Shown piece after piece: positions 13,252 through 26,239 of a DNA stretch of 64,000 nucleotides (position 1 is its first letter; each line of letters begins with the position of its first letter). The stretch lies in NCBI GenBank assembly GCA_964106915.2, contig OZ066922.1; one strand, given 5' to 3'. The stretch comes from Podarcis gaigeae (taxonomy: Eukaryota). The position numbers were made by a program, and so were the translations under genes. The notes beneath the pieces were generated by a model. It saw only the letters and a list, made by a program, of their open reading frames with translations, was not told the origin of the DNA and made no database searches.

Positions 13252-15179
13252 TCACTGGGTGCTTCATTCCAAATAGGAAGTATCTTGTTCTACCTTTGAG
13301 AACCGAGCATACCCAAGCCAATAGTAGTTCACATGGCAGTAGTTTTACCAAGTGATGAGTGCTGTTTGCACGGTCACTTCCGTGAGGTCATATTTCCTTC
13401 TGTTGCTCTTCGTTATGCTGTCACGCTAAAATGAAAAGTCATGGCTCAACCCACTCCCTTCTTCATATGGAGTTATGGGGGAATGCTGCCCCACTGGGAA
13501 GAAAACCGCTTTTGCCAACTTCTTTTGTCCAAATGGTGTTTGGACAATACTGCAGAGCCACCAGCTGTCCCTTTGTCATTCCCCCCCCCCCCAGCAAACC
13601 AGGGAAATTGATGTTGCATCTTTCTTTGTAGAAAGTCGAACACCAGGCTACTTCTGGGCACATGCAAATGCTACCCTAATAAACTGCCGCTGGGAGCAGA
13701 CCTTGGAATGGTTAGGTTGCAAGATCCTAGGAGATCTGAGTCTTCAGTTTTACTTGTGCTTCAGCTAATAGATCTCCTGTGCCAGCTGAACAATCGTCAA
13801 TAGTATTGTTAAAGCAAAATGAGTCTAAAACAAAGAAATGCAGTTAATTTTGCTGCTAATGGGAGCCCCCTTTTTAAAAGGCAGAATAATTTCTAGTTGC
13901 CAACTGGAGCAGATCTTGCAGCATCCAGGAAACAGTACTGTACTTCATGCTGCTTCAGAATTAAATACTCTCTTTCCTCCCGTGGCATGGATTTCATCTG
14001 CGCTGTGCCAGAAAAGGCAAATTGTATGCTGCTGGTTTTTCTGTTGAACTTTATCTCCTGTAGTTTGACTTGTATTAATGCTTCTTGCCAATTAGCTTCT
14101 GGGGCTAATGCTAGGGATGGATCAGTCTCTCACTCATAAGTCTTTTGTCCCATTTCTGCATTAATCTGCAGTGTTTCGGTAAAAGGGGGGGGGGAGGAAT
14201 CTGCACCAAATGTCACACTCTGTATTTAAATATGTATTTTATCTCAAAATATGCATCTAGATATTATTATTCCTATTTTTTTTAAGTAATTTAGTTTGTA
14301 TCCCACTGTTCCTCCCAAAGGAGCCCAGGGCGGTAAACAACAAACAACATCAGCCTCTTAAAAACAATCCCAGTGCAGATGCAGACTGGGAAAGGTTTCT
14401 ACTTAAAAAGCTTGCTGGAATGGGAAGGTTTTTAGTGGGTGCCGAAAAGATAACGGAGGTGGCTCCTGGCTAATGTTTAATGGGAGAGAATTCCAAATTG
14501 TAGGTGGTCCTCCTGCTAAGATGGTTTCTGCCAAGCCGAGTACAGTGATCAGCTTGGGTATAAAAGGGGTGAGGTGATAATATGGATATTTTATCTCAGT
14601 GTATGCATTTCCAAATGCATTTCATTTTAAAATACACATTTGCTAACTTACTTGAGCCGCTGAGTGTGCCACAAGATTTTGAGAAGTGGAAAACCCAAAG
14701 AGGAAATTACACTACGATCTGTACATTAGCTTGGGAGATGCTGATCACGTTCGTTTGCATCAGGATTTGGAGAAATCAAACCGCTCAAGCTTCTCTAAAC
14801 CAATATACAGGGTGCTGTCTCTGGCCCCCCTTGGGGATTGCCTCTCGCCAACTGAGCCTCCATAGCTTTAAAAGCCTTCAGAAAAAGCTTTGTTCCGTAG
14901 GATGGGGAGCAGGGTTTTTTCCATGACGGCCCCGTGGAATACTTTGTCTAGGGACGTTGGCCTATTTCCAACCGCAAGGTTTCAGTCTTGTCATCCAAGT
15001 AGGTTTTTGGGGGGGGGGGGTTCATTGGCATGAGATTGTATTGATACGGTAAGCTATGTTGATACACAATTTATCATGAGCTGCTTTTCTTGAGAGAGGT
15101 GGGGGGCAGAGAGAAAGAACAAAAACGATGCGTAAGGACATCACAAGAGCCCTGCTGGATCAGGCCAGAGGCCCATCTA

Positions 15180-15295
15180 TAGTCCTAGAATCAAAGAAGG
15201 GACCCAAGGGTCATCTAGTCTAACCCCCTGCAATGCAGAAATTGTTTGGCCCAGCATGGGACTTGAACCCACGACACTAAGATTAAGAGTCTGAT
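15180..15295 (-). mobile_element. tRNA-Lys/CR1 SINE copy
   Basis: Reverse homolog of 47533-47671. Confidence 0.7.
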
Positions 15296-16283
15296 AGTGG
15301 AGGTGGTCATTGATAGTTCTTCTCCAGGAATATATCCCACCCAATACTGCCTCTTGGGAAAGCAAATTCCATGGTTGTACCATGTGAAAAGTAGTTTCTT
15401 CTGTCTCTTCTGAATCTCCCAACGTTCACCTTCACTGGATGTCCCCGAGTGTGTTAAATGAAATAAATTATCCTATTACTTTTGTAAAAAAAAAAGGTAA
15501 CAGAAACCATGCAGGCAAGCATCCTAGCCCGATTCTAACATCTTTGCTGCCAAACAGCAGATAATTCAAACCAGCTTCGTTGAACAAACACGCATGAGAT
15601 CCAAGAGGAGGGTTGTTGTTTTAAAGGTTTGTCAGGAAGTCTCCTTGCTTGAACTCCAATCCTTAAACTCTGCCTGTGGAAACAGTGAGTCATATATACT
15701 TTTAAAATTAAGACTCCCCCCCACCCCGCAGCCAATTTTGTTCCATGTGAATTCTACCTACCTACTGCAGCGAGTCTGACTACTTAAGCTGTGAAGAGCT
15801 TTCCCTAATAGCTGTTGTGGTTTAAGTAATCCAGAACACATTCTGCTTCCACTAAAGGAGAAATGAAATGGCTAAGTAAAGAAGGAATGGCTCCTTTTCA
15901 AAAACGTCTCTTCTGCACCAGCAACAAGGACCAATCAAGACTTTCCCTGGGTTTTCTCTGAATGCAGCTAAGGGGGCATTCCAGAGGCCAATATCTCCCC
16001 CCTGGCAGCAGCCTGTGGCTGTAGGTGTGTGTATGTATGTGTGAAATCTCTTTCAGGTCATTTCATTGTATAGCAAAGGCTCTTGCAAATGAAGTGCAAG
16101 AAAATTCCAGTGCATATTGCACGATGGGATATTCTTTCTGATTTAAGGAGCAGGTAGTGCCCCTTGTTATGAGGGGGTGGGGTGGGGTGGGGCAGATCTC
16201 TAAATTCAGTGAAGGGTCAGAATTTGAGCAGACTCATAAATTCCTGAATTTCTCAAGGACTGGGAAATAACATCACCTAACTT

Positions 16284-16673
16284 CTGATCGCTAAAGAATT
16301 GAAGCTTTTGAATTATGGTGCTGGAGGAGACTCTTGAGAGTCCCATAGACTGCAAGAAGATCAAACCTCTCCATTCTGAAGGAAATCAGCCCTGAGTGCT
16401 CACTGGAAGGACAGATCCTGAAGCTGAGGCTCCAATACTTTGGCCACCTCATGAGAAGAGAAGACTCCCTGGAAAAGACCCTGATGTTGGGGAAAATGGA
16501 GGGCACAAGGAGAAGGGGACGACAGAGGACGAGATGGTTGGACAGTGTTCTTGAAGCTACCAGCATGAGTTTGACAAAGCTGTTGGAGGCAGTGGAAGAC
16601 AGGAGTGCCTGTCGTGCTCTGGTCCATGGGGTCACGAAGAGTCGGACACGACTAAACGACTAAACAACAACAA
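16284..16673 (+). mobile_element. BovB (RTE clade) LINE 3' fragment
   Basis: Encodes MRREDSLEKTLMLGKMEGTRRRGRQRTRWLD; 3' end GGGGTCACGAAGAGTCGGACACGACT plus (AAC)n. Confidence 0.9.
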
Positions 16674-17146
16674 ACTTCTTCATGAGGCCAGCCTGACGAT
16701 GGCGGGTCATTGAAGAAACAGTGGTTGTGATGGCTACCCATTACCCCTCAATGGAAGTCATCAACCAGGAACAAGACCTTGCCAGGCACAGAGGGAGGTT
16801 GCCAGGATAAAGACGGGGGTGTGATGTCACCGCAGAAAAAGAGGAGAGGGTGCCCTTTTACGACAGAAGTTTAGGGAGCAGGGCTTTCTGGGGAGAAGCA
16901 AGAAGGGGGAGGAACTCCATGCAGGGACTGATGGGAAGCAGCCATAATGACTGTCTGGAGTGTGCGGTTGCAAAGAGACATGGGAATGGCATTTAGGGTG
17001 CCCCTGAATCCCATGCTGTAATGCTGGGAAGGACGATATATGTGCTGTGCACTCTCTCCCCATAAAACTCAGGTGTAAATATGCATGAATAAACCATATT
17101 TCCTGAAGGTGCCAGTTTGCGCTTGCCTTGGTGTGTCAGTGGAAAC

Positions 17147-17311
17147 CAGTGGCGTAGCGTGGGTTGTCAGCACCCGGGGCAAGGCAAGTAATTTGCGCCC
17201 CCTAACCTGTGGATTTGCGCTCCCTAACCTGTGGATTTGCGCCCCCTAACTCTAACCCCCAGATGTTGTGCCCGGTGCGGCCCCCCCTGCACCCCCCACG
17301 CTACGCCACTG
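17147..17311. mobile_element. hAT-type MITE
   Basis: 17-bp TIR CAGTGGCGTAGCGTGGG, perfect 8-bp TSD GTGGAAAC; internal 22-bp tandem repeat. Confidence 0.9.
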
Positions 17312-19455
17312 GTGGAAACGCAACCCTGGTTAAGTGCCAAGACCCTGGAATCTCTTGCTACCGCTCAGCAGAGATTGGGGCGGCTTGTAACAATATGTAT
17401 AATGTAAAACCAGTATTTATTCTCATGTTCTTTGCCCTATCTCTGCCTTTCATCCCTCAATGCATAGCCAGGATTGTATGTACACAGGGAACCCAAATTC
17501 TGTGAAATGTAAAAAATGCAGATTGCCAAAAAAAGAAAATAAAAAGACACTATTTTCTTACTCCTCCACCCCAAATTCTGGTTTTGTAGTAATGGGAGGG
17601 TCAACTCCACCTCTGAGCACTGAAGTCTACATTCAGCCATACCTCACCACCGATGTCTGAAATTTGCCCACACTTATTGAGTCAGTGCTACATCATGAAA
17701 AGGGATATAAACTTGTTGGTTTGCTTTTTTCTTTAAAGGAAGCTGATCTTCTCAAGAAGCTGAACTATGCCCTGTTTTCCGTATCCTGTTCTCCTCCTGT
17801 AGAATCCTAGCATTTGGGTAGTCTTGCACATGATAGATTTTTCTCATGTGGAACCTATCATTTTGTCCCGGAATGCATCATCCCCTAGTTCTAACCTTCA
17901 ACTCCTGTTGAGACCCTCATCTATGGTGTGTTCACACTTAAAATGTCATGGTGAAAGCCAATAGCTGTTATGGAGGTCATTCTTGGGCCCTGGGCTCTGA
18001 GGAATTGTGATCTATCCTCTTGTCCAGAATCAATAAAATATAACACTACAAGGCTCTCAAAAGATAGAGTAAGGATTGTTCTTACTCAAAGTTCTTCAAA
18101 GTTTGTCCCCAGTGTAATCATTGTTTGGAGGACTTTTGTGGAGCAATTCAATCCCCCATAATTTAATAAAAGTGTAATAACCGGAACCTTTTTTGGCTAA
18201 CACCCACCACACAAAGTATCAAAGAATTTACATTTATTGATTTGGGAAGAGATATTCCGCAGGCAGAATGGTTCTTGATTTGTTTCTTCTTACAGGTTAA
18301 TGGTTCACCCTTGCCTTTTCTCAGCCTCAAAAATTCAACCAAGAAGACCTGATTTCTTTTAAAAAATAATATAAGTGGAAATCTAAGTCTCCAGCTGCTG
18401 CTGAACCGCCCTGAGGTGAAGGGCAGTATTAAAATTTTCCCTTTTACAATGCACTGTCAAAAACCAAAATGAATGATCTTGACAACTTTTGGCATGGCTT
18501 GGGAAATACCTAGGCAATTTGTTTTTCAATAGAAAGTTGAGCAGCAGCTTTGTATTCAAACACAGCTCTGAGGTTTGTTTGGCTTCATTCTTCTGAACAT
18601 TAGAACTCAGGAAATACAGGTGGCAGGAAAGAAAACAGATGGATTTCATACAAAGCATGCATGGTGTATTTTTCTGTTTGTTTTATCTGTCTGGAAAGTC
18701 TGGGTACTTTTCAACCTTGTGGGTCTCTGTGTGCTTTTGTGTGGTATTTTAATTTGTTTTGGCATCCCATTTTTTTCTGAAATAGGAACCAGAGAATCCT
18801 GGAAGCTTCTTTTCTTTTCCTTTTTGCACCGCTGGATCCAAAACAGCTGATTTGGTCTCTAATTTGTTGAAATGAAATACACAGTGCTTACTGGCCTAAT
18901 AACTTGCAAAATGAGCTTCCATGATGTTGGTGGGTTAGGTTGCTGCTTTCTCTAACTGTAAATCAACTTCTGGTCCACTCAAAACAAGACTTGCAGAAGG
19001 AATGAGTGCAGTTCCTCTTTTACTGCTAAGTGTGTCGGTCTTCTCAGTTCTGCTTGGTAGTATATTAACTCGCACTTGATTCCATCGTTTCAAGCTGCTT
19101 GCGGGACCCCAAGTTCAGGCAAATGTGAGTTCTTGAAAATGGATATCTGTCAGAACATGCCCATTTGATCTGAAGCAGGAATACATGCTGTCTAGGCCGG
19201 GCAGAATTTGTACTACAGTGAATAACATCTGTTGGAGATGTGGTGACATTGAAGCAGTTCAGCTCCACATTTATGGATGATGTCCAGAGAGAGAGAAAGA
19301 GAGCGCGCGCGAAAACATTGGAAATCAATTTTGACTTGTGTGTGCAGTTGTGCATTCATACTACATCCATTGTTCTGTTTTTGTTGTTTAAAAAAAGACA
19401 GCTATCTTATCTCGGAATATTAATATGTCTTTTAACAACTGCTACAATGGCAGTA

Positions 19456-19510
19456 GGGACGTCTGTCAAGACTGGCCCGTACGGGCAGGGGTACCTTTAC
19501 CTTTACCTTT
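19456..19510 (+). mobile_element. Miniature Sauria SINE (5' GGGACG joined to 3' tail)
   Basis: 3' ~50 nt identical to the end of the 21384 copy; 13-bp TSD TACAATGGCAGTA (19443-19455 and 19510-19522). Confidence 0.85.
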
Positions 19511-19679
19511 ACAATGGCAGTAAGTTTTATAAATGGGGAGGGAGTTCTGCCATCCATAGCATGGCTATTCAGGGTTTGTGATTGGGTGTGTATGGTAAAA
19601 ATAATGGACACTCTGAGAGATAGAAAAGGAGGACAAGTAGATAATGTTTATTAAAACATCATCATCATCATCATCATCA

Positions 19680-20160
19680 TTAATATATTGCCCTATACCC
19701 GGAGGTCTCAGGGCGGTTCACAGAATAAAATCAAAATATAAAACCACAAAATACATAATCAAAATAAAAACAACAATCCAATAACACCCCCCCCCAAAAA
19801 AAACCACATTTTAAAAGGGCATAGGATGTCAATCAAATCAGCCAAAGGCCTGGTTAAAAAGGAACATTTTTGCCTGGCACATAAAAGTGTATAATGAAGG
19901 TGCCAGGCGAACTTCCCTGGGGAGAACATTCCAGAAAAGCCACTGCAGAGAAGGCCCTGTTCTTCTGTTGCCACCCTCCAGACCTCTCAAGGAGGAGGCA
20001 CATGAAGAAGGGCCTCGGAAGATGATCTCAGGGTAGATTCATATGGAAAGAGGCGGTCCTTGAGGTATTGCGGTCTTGAGCCTTTTAAGCTTTATAGGTC
20101 AAAACCAGCACTTTGAATTGAGCCTGGGAAAAATGGGTAGTCAGTGCAGTTGGACCAGGA
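19680..20160 (-). mobile_element. Older L2-clade LINE 3' fragment with (CAT)n tail
   Basis: Degenerate similarity to the other L2 copies (AAAACCAGCACTTTGAATTG). Confidence 0.7.
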
Positions 20161-20898
20161 TGAGCAACCTAGCCTCTGAATTCTTCACCAGCTGACATTT
20201 CTGAACTGTCTTCAGAAGCAGCTATGTGCTCAGATGATAAAGTACAAGAAAATGGTTCATCATTTGCATTAGAAGTGTTACAAAGATGCTTTAATATGTA
20301 AAAGCCTTCTGTGACCTGAATTGTAAAAACAAAAGTAATCTCGTATTTCAAAACAATAAATAAGAAGAATGCTTCCCTCAAATTCTCTCCAGTTTTTCCT
20401 GCCATATTTTAATCTTCATATGAGGATCTAAGAATCAGGAGGAGGCTGTCTCTTGGTCCTGTCCCTGGAGACTTGGAATGAATGACACAGTGGTGACATC
20501 CTGCTTAAAAGACCAGGACTGGCTCGCCAGCTTTCATATTGGTGCCAAACTTGGGCTAGGGTGGCTGTCGTCCTGCAATCTTGGAAACGCAGCAGCTGCT
20601 TTGAGTAAAATTGACAGAGGTCTGTGCAAGCCTGTTTGTGCCTGAAGTCTTCAGAGGAGTCGCTGCCCAGGGGCAAGGGAGGAAAGCAATGGGTGGGAAG
20701 GTCTGCAGTCCCGGTCGAAGATTGTTTGCAAATATTAGCAGGTGGTGGTGAGGATCTCAGTGATACAGCAGCATCAGGACCTGGGACAGCACACTGTGAG
20801 CGCTCCAGGCAAGGTGAAAGCTAAGGGCTGGAGCCTGAGAGCAGGTATCTCAGCATGTTGCTGCAATGGCACTGCCTGGCAGTCTGCTGATGGTTTAT

Positions 20899-21318
20899 CG
20901 TTGTTGTTGTTGTTTAGTCATTTAGTTGTGTTCGACTCTTTGTGACCCCCTGGACCAGAGCACGCCAGGCACTCCTGTCTTCCACTGCCTCCCGTAGTTT
21001 GGTCAAACTCATGCTGGTAGCTTTGAGAACACTATCCAACCATCTCGTCCTCTGTTGTCCCCTTCTCCTTGTGCCCTCCATCTTTCCCTACATCAGGGTC
21101 TTTTCCAGGGAGTCGAGTCTTCTTATGAGGTGGCCAAAGTATTGGATCCTCAGCTTCAGGATCTGTCCTTCCAGTGAGCACTCAGGGCTGATTTCCTTCA
21201 GAATGGATAGGTTTGCTCTTCTTGCAGTCCATGGGACTCTCAAGAGTCTCCTCCAGCACCATAATTCAAAAGCTTCAATTCTTCGGCAATCAGCCTTCTT
21301 TATGGTCCAGCTCTCACT
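20899..21318 (-). mobile_element. BovB LINE 3' fragment
   Basis: Reverse-orientation homolog of 16284-16673. Confidence 0.9.
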
Positions 21319-21383
21319 ATGCTGCTGAAAAGAGTTTTAGACCTCGCCTCCCAGGGGATTTGCTCTCAGTTAAAGGGCCATGC

Positions 21384-21747
21384 GGGACGCAGGTGGCGCT
21401 GTGGGTTAAAGCCTCAGTGCCTAGGACTTGCCGATCGAAAGGTTGGCGGTTCGAATCCCTGCGGCGGGGTGCGCTCCCGCTGCTCGGTCCCAGCGCCTGC
21501 CAACCTAGCAGTTCGAAAGCACCTCCGGGTGCAAGTAGACAAATAGGGACCGCTTACCAGCGGGAAGGTAAACGTCGTTTCCGTGTGCGGCTCTGGCTCG
21601 CCAGAGCAGCGATGTCACGCTGGCCACGTGACCCGGAAGTGTCTCCGGACAGCGCTGGCCCCTGGCCTCTTGAGTGAGATGGGCGCACAACCCCAGAGTC
21701 TGTCAAGACTGGCCCGTACGGGCAGGGGTACCTTTACCTTTACCTTT
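21384..21747 (+). mobile_element. Sauria SINE, full length, second subfamily
   Basis: GGGACGC head, (ACCTTT)3 tail, perfect 14-bp TSD TTAAAGGGCCATGC (21370-21383 and 21746-21759). Confidence 0.92.
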
Positions 21748-22499
21748 AAAGGGCCATGCACTACTTTAAGAGGTGTTCACTCTAGGGAGGCTTCCGTAAT
21801 GGAAAAAAGTGGGAAGACTGGAACTGAGGAAGTTGCTAGGGAGGAGTCAGTAACTGAGTATTTTGGGCAGGAAACATCAAGAGCAGGACAAAGAGCATAG
21901 TTCTACTCTTTACTTCTCTGCAAGAGGGATTGCCTTGATAGTCATTGCTGAGGATGGTTCAAGGGGAGGTCTTTTATGTTGCAGGATTCCCCCTTCTGAG
22001 AGGGCCCAGGTTTAGACCCTGAACCCATATTGTTTTAACTTGAATGGCTTCCTAACCACTACACCATCTTGATCCTCTTCTGTACTGTGGTTTCTGAGCA
22101 TTAGGGAGGTTTTTGTGGTTGTCAGAGCTTTAGCGCAATAAATTAATGTGTGCTCAGACATGAATAGAGCATGAGAGAGAGAAGTTGTAGCGTATTGATT
22201 ACGTTCCTGTAGTTCTAAGCAATGCATGTTTATTACCCTGCTGTTCTATTTGTGGTTTTAATATGGCACCATGTTTTTATTGTTTTGTGTGTTGTAAGCC
22301 TCTTGGGTACCTGGTAGAATGGTGGGGTATCAAATATGTCAACAATGCACCACTTTTAAGTGACAGGTTGCTGTGTTAACACTATCTAAATGGAGCAGGA
22401 TTTCATTATTATGTTAGCCCTGGAAACGGAATAGCTTATTTGCAACATGAGTTTCTGAATGCAACAACAAATAATTCATTTGCTTTTTCTTCTCTACAG

Positions 22500-22561
22500 A
22501 TTGCATTTTCACAGCACAGTAACTTTATGGACCTGGTACAATTCTTTGTCACCTTTTTCAG
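22500..22561 (+). CDS. ATRN: Attractin coding exon: IAFSQHSNFMDLVQFFVTFF(S), start of transmembrane helix
   Basis: Polypyrimidine tract and ctacag|A acceptor, CAG|gtaatc donor; 62 nt, phase 0 to 2. Confidence 0.96.
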
Positions 22562-22599
22562 GTAATCTTCTACTCTAAATAACTAAAATATTTTACTGT

Positions 22600-23175
22600 T
22601 AGTATCAAAAGCCTTACTGAAGTCAAGATACACTATGTCCACAGCATTCCCCTGGTCCACCAAGCTTGTAACTCCATAAAAAAAGAAAGAAAGAGAAAGA
22701 AATGAGATTCATCTGGCATGACTTGTTTTTGAGAAACCCATGCTGGGTTTTAGTAATCTCAGCATCCTTTTCTAAGTGCTTAAAGACTGACTGTTGAGCT
22801 ATTTGAATAAGGGTTTGTCCTTTGTTCCTATGCCATATTACAATCCTTTATCAGTAGAATCATAGAATCATAGAATCATAGAGTTGGAAGAGACCACAAG
22901 GGCCATCGAGTCTAACCCCCTGCCAAGTAAGAACTGAGGTTTTTTAAAAAGGGATTTACTGTGGTAGGTGGGTAGCGTGAACTGGGGTTGGATCCTGGAA
23001 ATTACAGGCTGGTTAGCTTAATGTCTGTAGCAGGGAAAGTGGTGGAAAGTATTGCTAAAGATAAAATAGTCTAGCATATAGAAGAACAAGCTTTGCTGAA
23101 GTACAGACAGCATGGCTTGTGCAAAGGGCAAGTCCTGTGCTATGAACCTATTAGAGTTCTTGGGGAGTGCAGGAA
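22600..23175. mobile_element. Cluster of CR1 fragments: RT piece (-) ~22600-22800, 3' tail (-) 22856-22927, RT piece (+) ~22990-23175
   Basis: (CATAGAAT)3 tail; NYRLVSL..GKV..QHG..KGKSC..NLLEF motif. Confidence 0.7.
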
Positions 23176-25414
23176 GCAAGGAACAGATGCATGTCTTCAG
23201 CATATGAGAGAAACTAGGGGCCAGATTCAACTAACCCAGTGTGCTAGCGGAACCTAGTGGTAGAAATCCAGCTGTTGCAATGGGGCTTTTCCCACACATT
23301 CACCCATCTATTTTGGGGAACCCCAGAAGAGAATGTGAGAGGAGGAGACACTTGAGATATGTTTTTAGGTTCTACCCCATTCATTCACTGTGATTTGTTT
23401 CAATTATTTTTAATGCTGAATTTTAAATTGTTGTAACATGCCCTGGGACCTATGGTAAAGTGTGAGTAATAAATTGAGATGATGATGATGATGTATCCTC
23501 CTGGAGAAATAGAATTCCTGTGGCAGTAAAGTTGATTCCCAAGGTTATTGTCTGATACTTCAGTCCTTTTTATAGCTTTGCTACTTCAACAGATGGCAAA
23601 TGAAAGGGATGTTGACAGGAAGCCTTGCAAATATATTCAGAGGGTGATTGGACACCACCTGCTCGGCTTGACCCTGCTAATGCTGATGTGGTGGTGTCAC
23701 AGGTACCTGTCCCTGCCTGGCATTGGTACATAGTGCATGCTCAGGTGGGGTGGCCATTGATGGAGGTGGCATCACCTAGTCTCAGGTGGCCTATATAAGT
23801 TTCCTACCACAATGTTACTTCCAAGTACATTGCACTAGCTCAGTGGTTCCCAACTGGTGGTCCGTGGACCCCTCCACGTAACCCACCCAGGGGTTCCGTG
23901 GCACCATTCACTTAACAAAAACTACCATAGAGACATCATTTTTTTTTTTAAGGTAGGGTTCCATGGCTTGGCTTTTGAAAAACAGGAGTTCCACAGTGCT
24001 TAGCTAATTGGAAGCTCCCAATTAGCCCTGGATTGCAGACCAATCGCTTCTTCCCATACAAGCCACTGAGAACTAAGACAGGACCTTATTTGCATTTGCC
24101 TTGCCTTATGTTCTGCATAGCCCCTTGCCGGTTCTGGTTGTTGGTTGCCCAAGCGTGGTGGAACTTCTGAGTGCCATTTATCTGTCAGAAATGTCACCTT
24201 TAAATATGACCCTGATCATCTGAGGTTCAGAGCTCTGACTCTGAAGTGAACTCTGCAGTTCTGATGCTTTTGGAAGTGCTGGCGACTGACTCCTGCAATA
24301 AAAAATAAGCCCCACTGTGTGAGCTTTTCAGCACTTACGGGGATCTGCTGCCTCCTTGTGACAAAGATGTAAAGGGTTCTTTTTGGAAGCGTTGAAGAAG
24401 AAAGCTGCTCAGTATATTCCACTGATACCTTCCCAAATGGAATTTTTTTTTAAGGCAAAGAATATAGTTGTAGCAAAAGAGTTAGAGGAGGGTGACACTT
24501 CAGCAAAGTCTTTTGACAGGCTCTTGTTAAGCTCAGCAGGGTTTGGCTGAAGTGTTAAGAGCTGCTGAATTTTTCACACAGATGGGACGGCCTCAACCAT
24601 TGGACAAATATCTGATGTGGGTTATGGTCTGGCTAGTGAGGAGTGTGAGCTCCTGTAAGCCTCCAAGAGCAGCTGGTGTGGCTGCACAAGTCCTTTTTCT
24701 CTCCCTAGTTCCGCCTCTGAATTTAGAAATGGTGAAAAGGGATTGGGACGGAGGACATGAGCAGAGACACTGTAGGGTTTTGTTTTAGGGGGAGAAACAA
24801 AGTTGGTTCTTTGTTCAGGAGTCTTTGATGGGCCTCCTGGATAGCAGGATTCCATTCCCTTGTTTTGGTCTACATTTTATTTTTTGATATTTGCTTTTTA
24901 ATCGGACGAGAAGTCACCTTGTAAAAGAACTTACTTTTGGACAAATAAGCCCCAAGCATCAAGGCTAGGCAGGGAGGAGTATTAAATAACTTGCATACAA
25001 CCGCTGCAAGTCTCTTTGTATTTTCTGTCTGCTGAATAGATCTTCTCTGTGAAATAGGAAGATTTTAAATGATACTTTATTAATGGACTTGGCATTTGCT
25101 TTGGTAAATCATCAGATAATATTTGGGCAAGTAATTTTCTGCCTTTGTTCCAGGTAGTAAACTGGAGCAAGTAGCAGCCACCTATCTAACTGTAGGGCAT
25201 GCTGCTTTGAAGGTTATTGAGATAATGGGGGAAGAATGTTTGCTGGCTCTGGGTTGGCAAGTTGCTATAATTAATTGGATCAAAAACAATTACAGAAAGA
25301 TCTGGATAAAAGTAATGACATATGAAAGCTATTAGATCACCCTTTTCCTTTGTCATAACAGATGTAGAAAAATAATTGAGTACTCTTACAAAACGATTGT
25401 GAAACTGGAGAGCC

Positions 25415-25570
25415 CCATGGGTAGGGTGTTAGATTTGGCTTGGGTTCAAATCCCAACTCAGCTATGGAATCATTAGCTGGCTTTCGGTACATCACTCAGC
25501 CTCACTTTCCCATCTGAAAAATGGGATAACGGTGACCTCCCTTGCTTGTTTTTATGAGGATTAATGATAA
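25415..25570 (+). mobile_element. MIR/CORE-like SINE remnant
   Basis: GGTTCAAATCCC B-box and CCTCACTTTCCCATCTGAAAAATGGGATAA core. Confidence 0.65.
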
Positions 25571-26160
25571 CATTTGGCTAGAATCTACTCTGTGCCGTAG
25601 GGAGAGAGTAGGCCTATAAATCTCAGCCAGTGAATAAATCAATATGAACAGGGTTCATTTTCTAGTTCACTTGATCTTATAAATAAGACGTTACCTGCGA
25701 TTAGAAAGGAAACAGAACAAACATTCCTTATTTAAAATCCCCTTTGCATGTTTTCACACATTGCCGTTCGGTTTCCCTTGCTGGGTCACAGTGAGATCTG
25801 CATTAGCAGAGTCTTCTGTCATCACCGTTGAATGATAACTTGATTGAATTATGTTGACGTTCTCAAGTGTGAAGGCAGGTGATATGGCCTCATTCTGGCT
25901 TTGTCATTCACCCTTCGCAGCGGCACATCTTGTTTCTCTCTCCCCCCCCCCCCCCGCCCAAATGCCTGCTGCGCACCACCTTACAAGACAGAGACATGAA
26001 TCTTAATGTTGCCAAGCACTTTATGTGCCATTAGTATCTGTTGACAGAAGTTCATGAGAGTGCAATGCTATTTTTGTTGGTCTAGCTGTCGAATTCTCCT
26101 GCATCTCAAATCGAAAGGAAGTAAGTGTTGTTGTTGTTTTTCCTGTTTCCTCCATTTCAG

Positions 26161-26239
26161 CTGTTTCTTGTCTCTGCTCCTTGTGGCCGCCGTGGTTTGG
26201 AAGATTAAGCAGAGCTGCTGGGCGTCGCGGCGGAGAGAG
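26161..26239 (+). CDS. ATRN: Attractin coding exon: CFLSLLLVAAVVWKIKQSCWASRRRE, remainder of TM helix and juxtamembrane region
   Basis: tttcag|C acceptor, GAG|gtgggt donor; 79 nt, phase 2 to 0. Confidence 0.96.

Noticed and set aside
16165-17392. Solo LTR (TGTTA...TAACA with AATAAA near 17088) hosting BovB and a hAT MITE
   Set aside because: No matching TSD at the proposed ends; boundaries unsupported.
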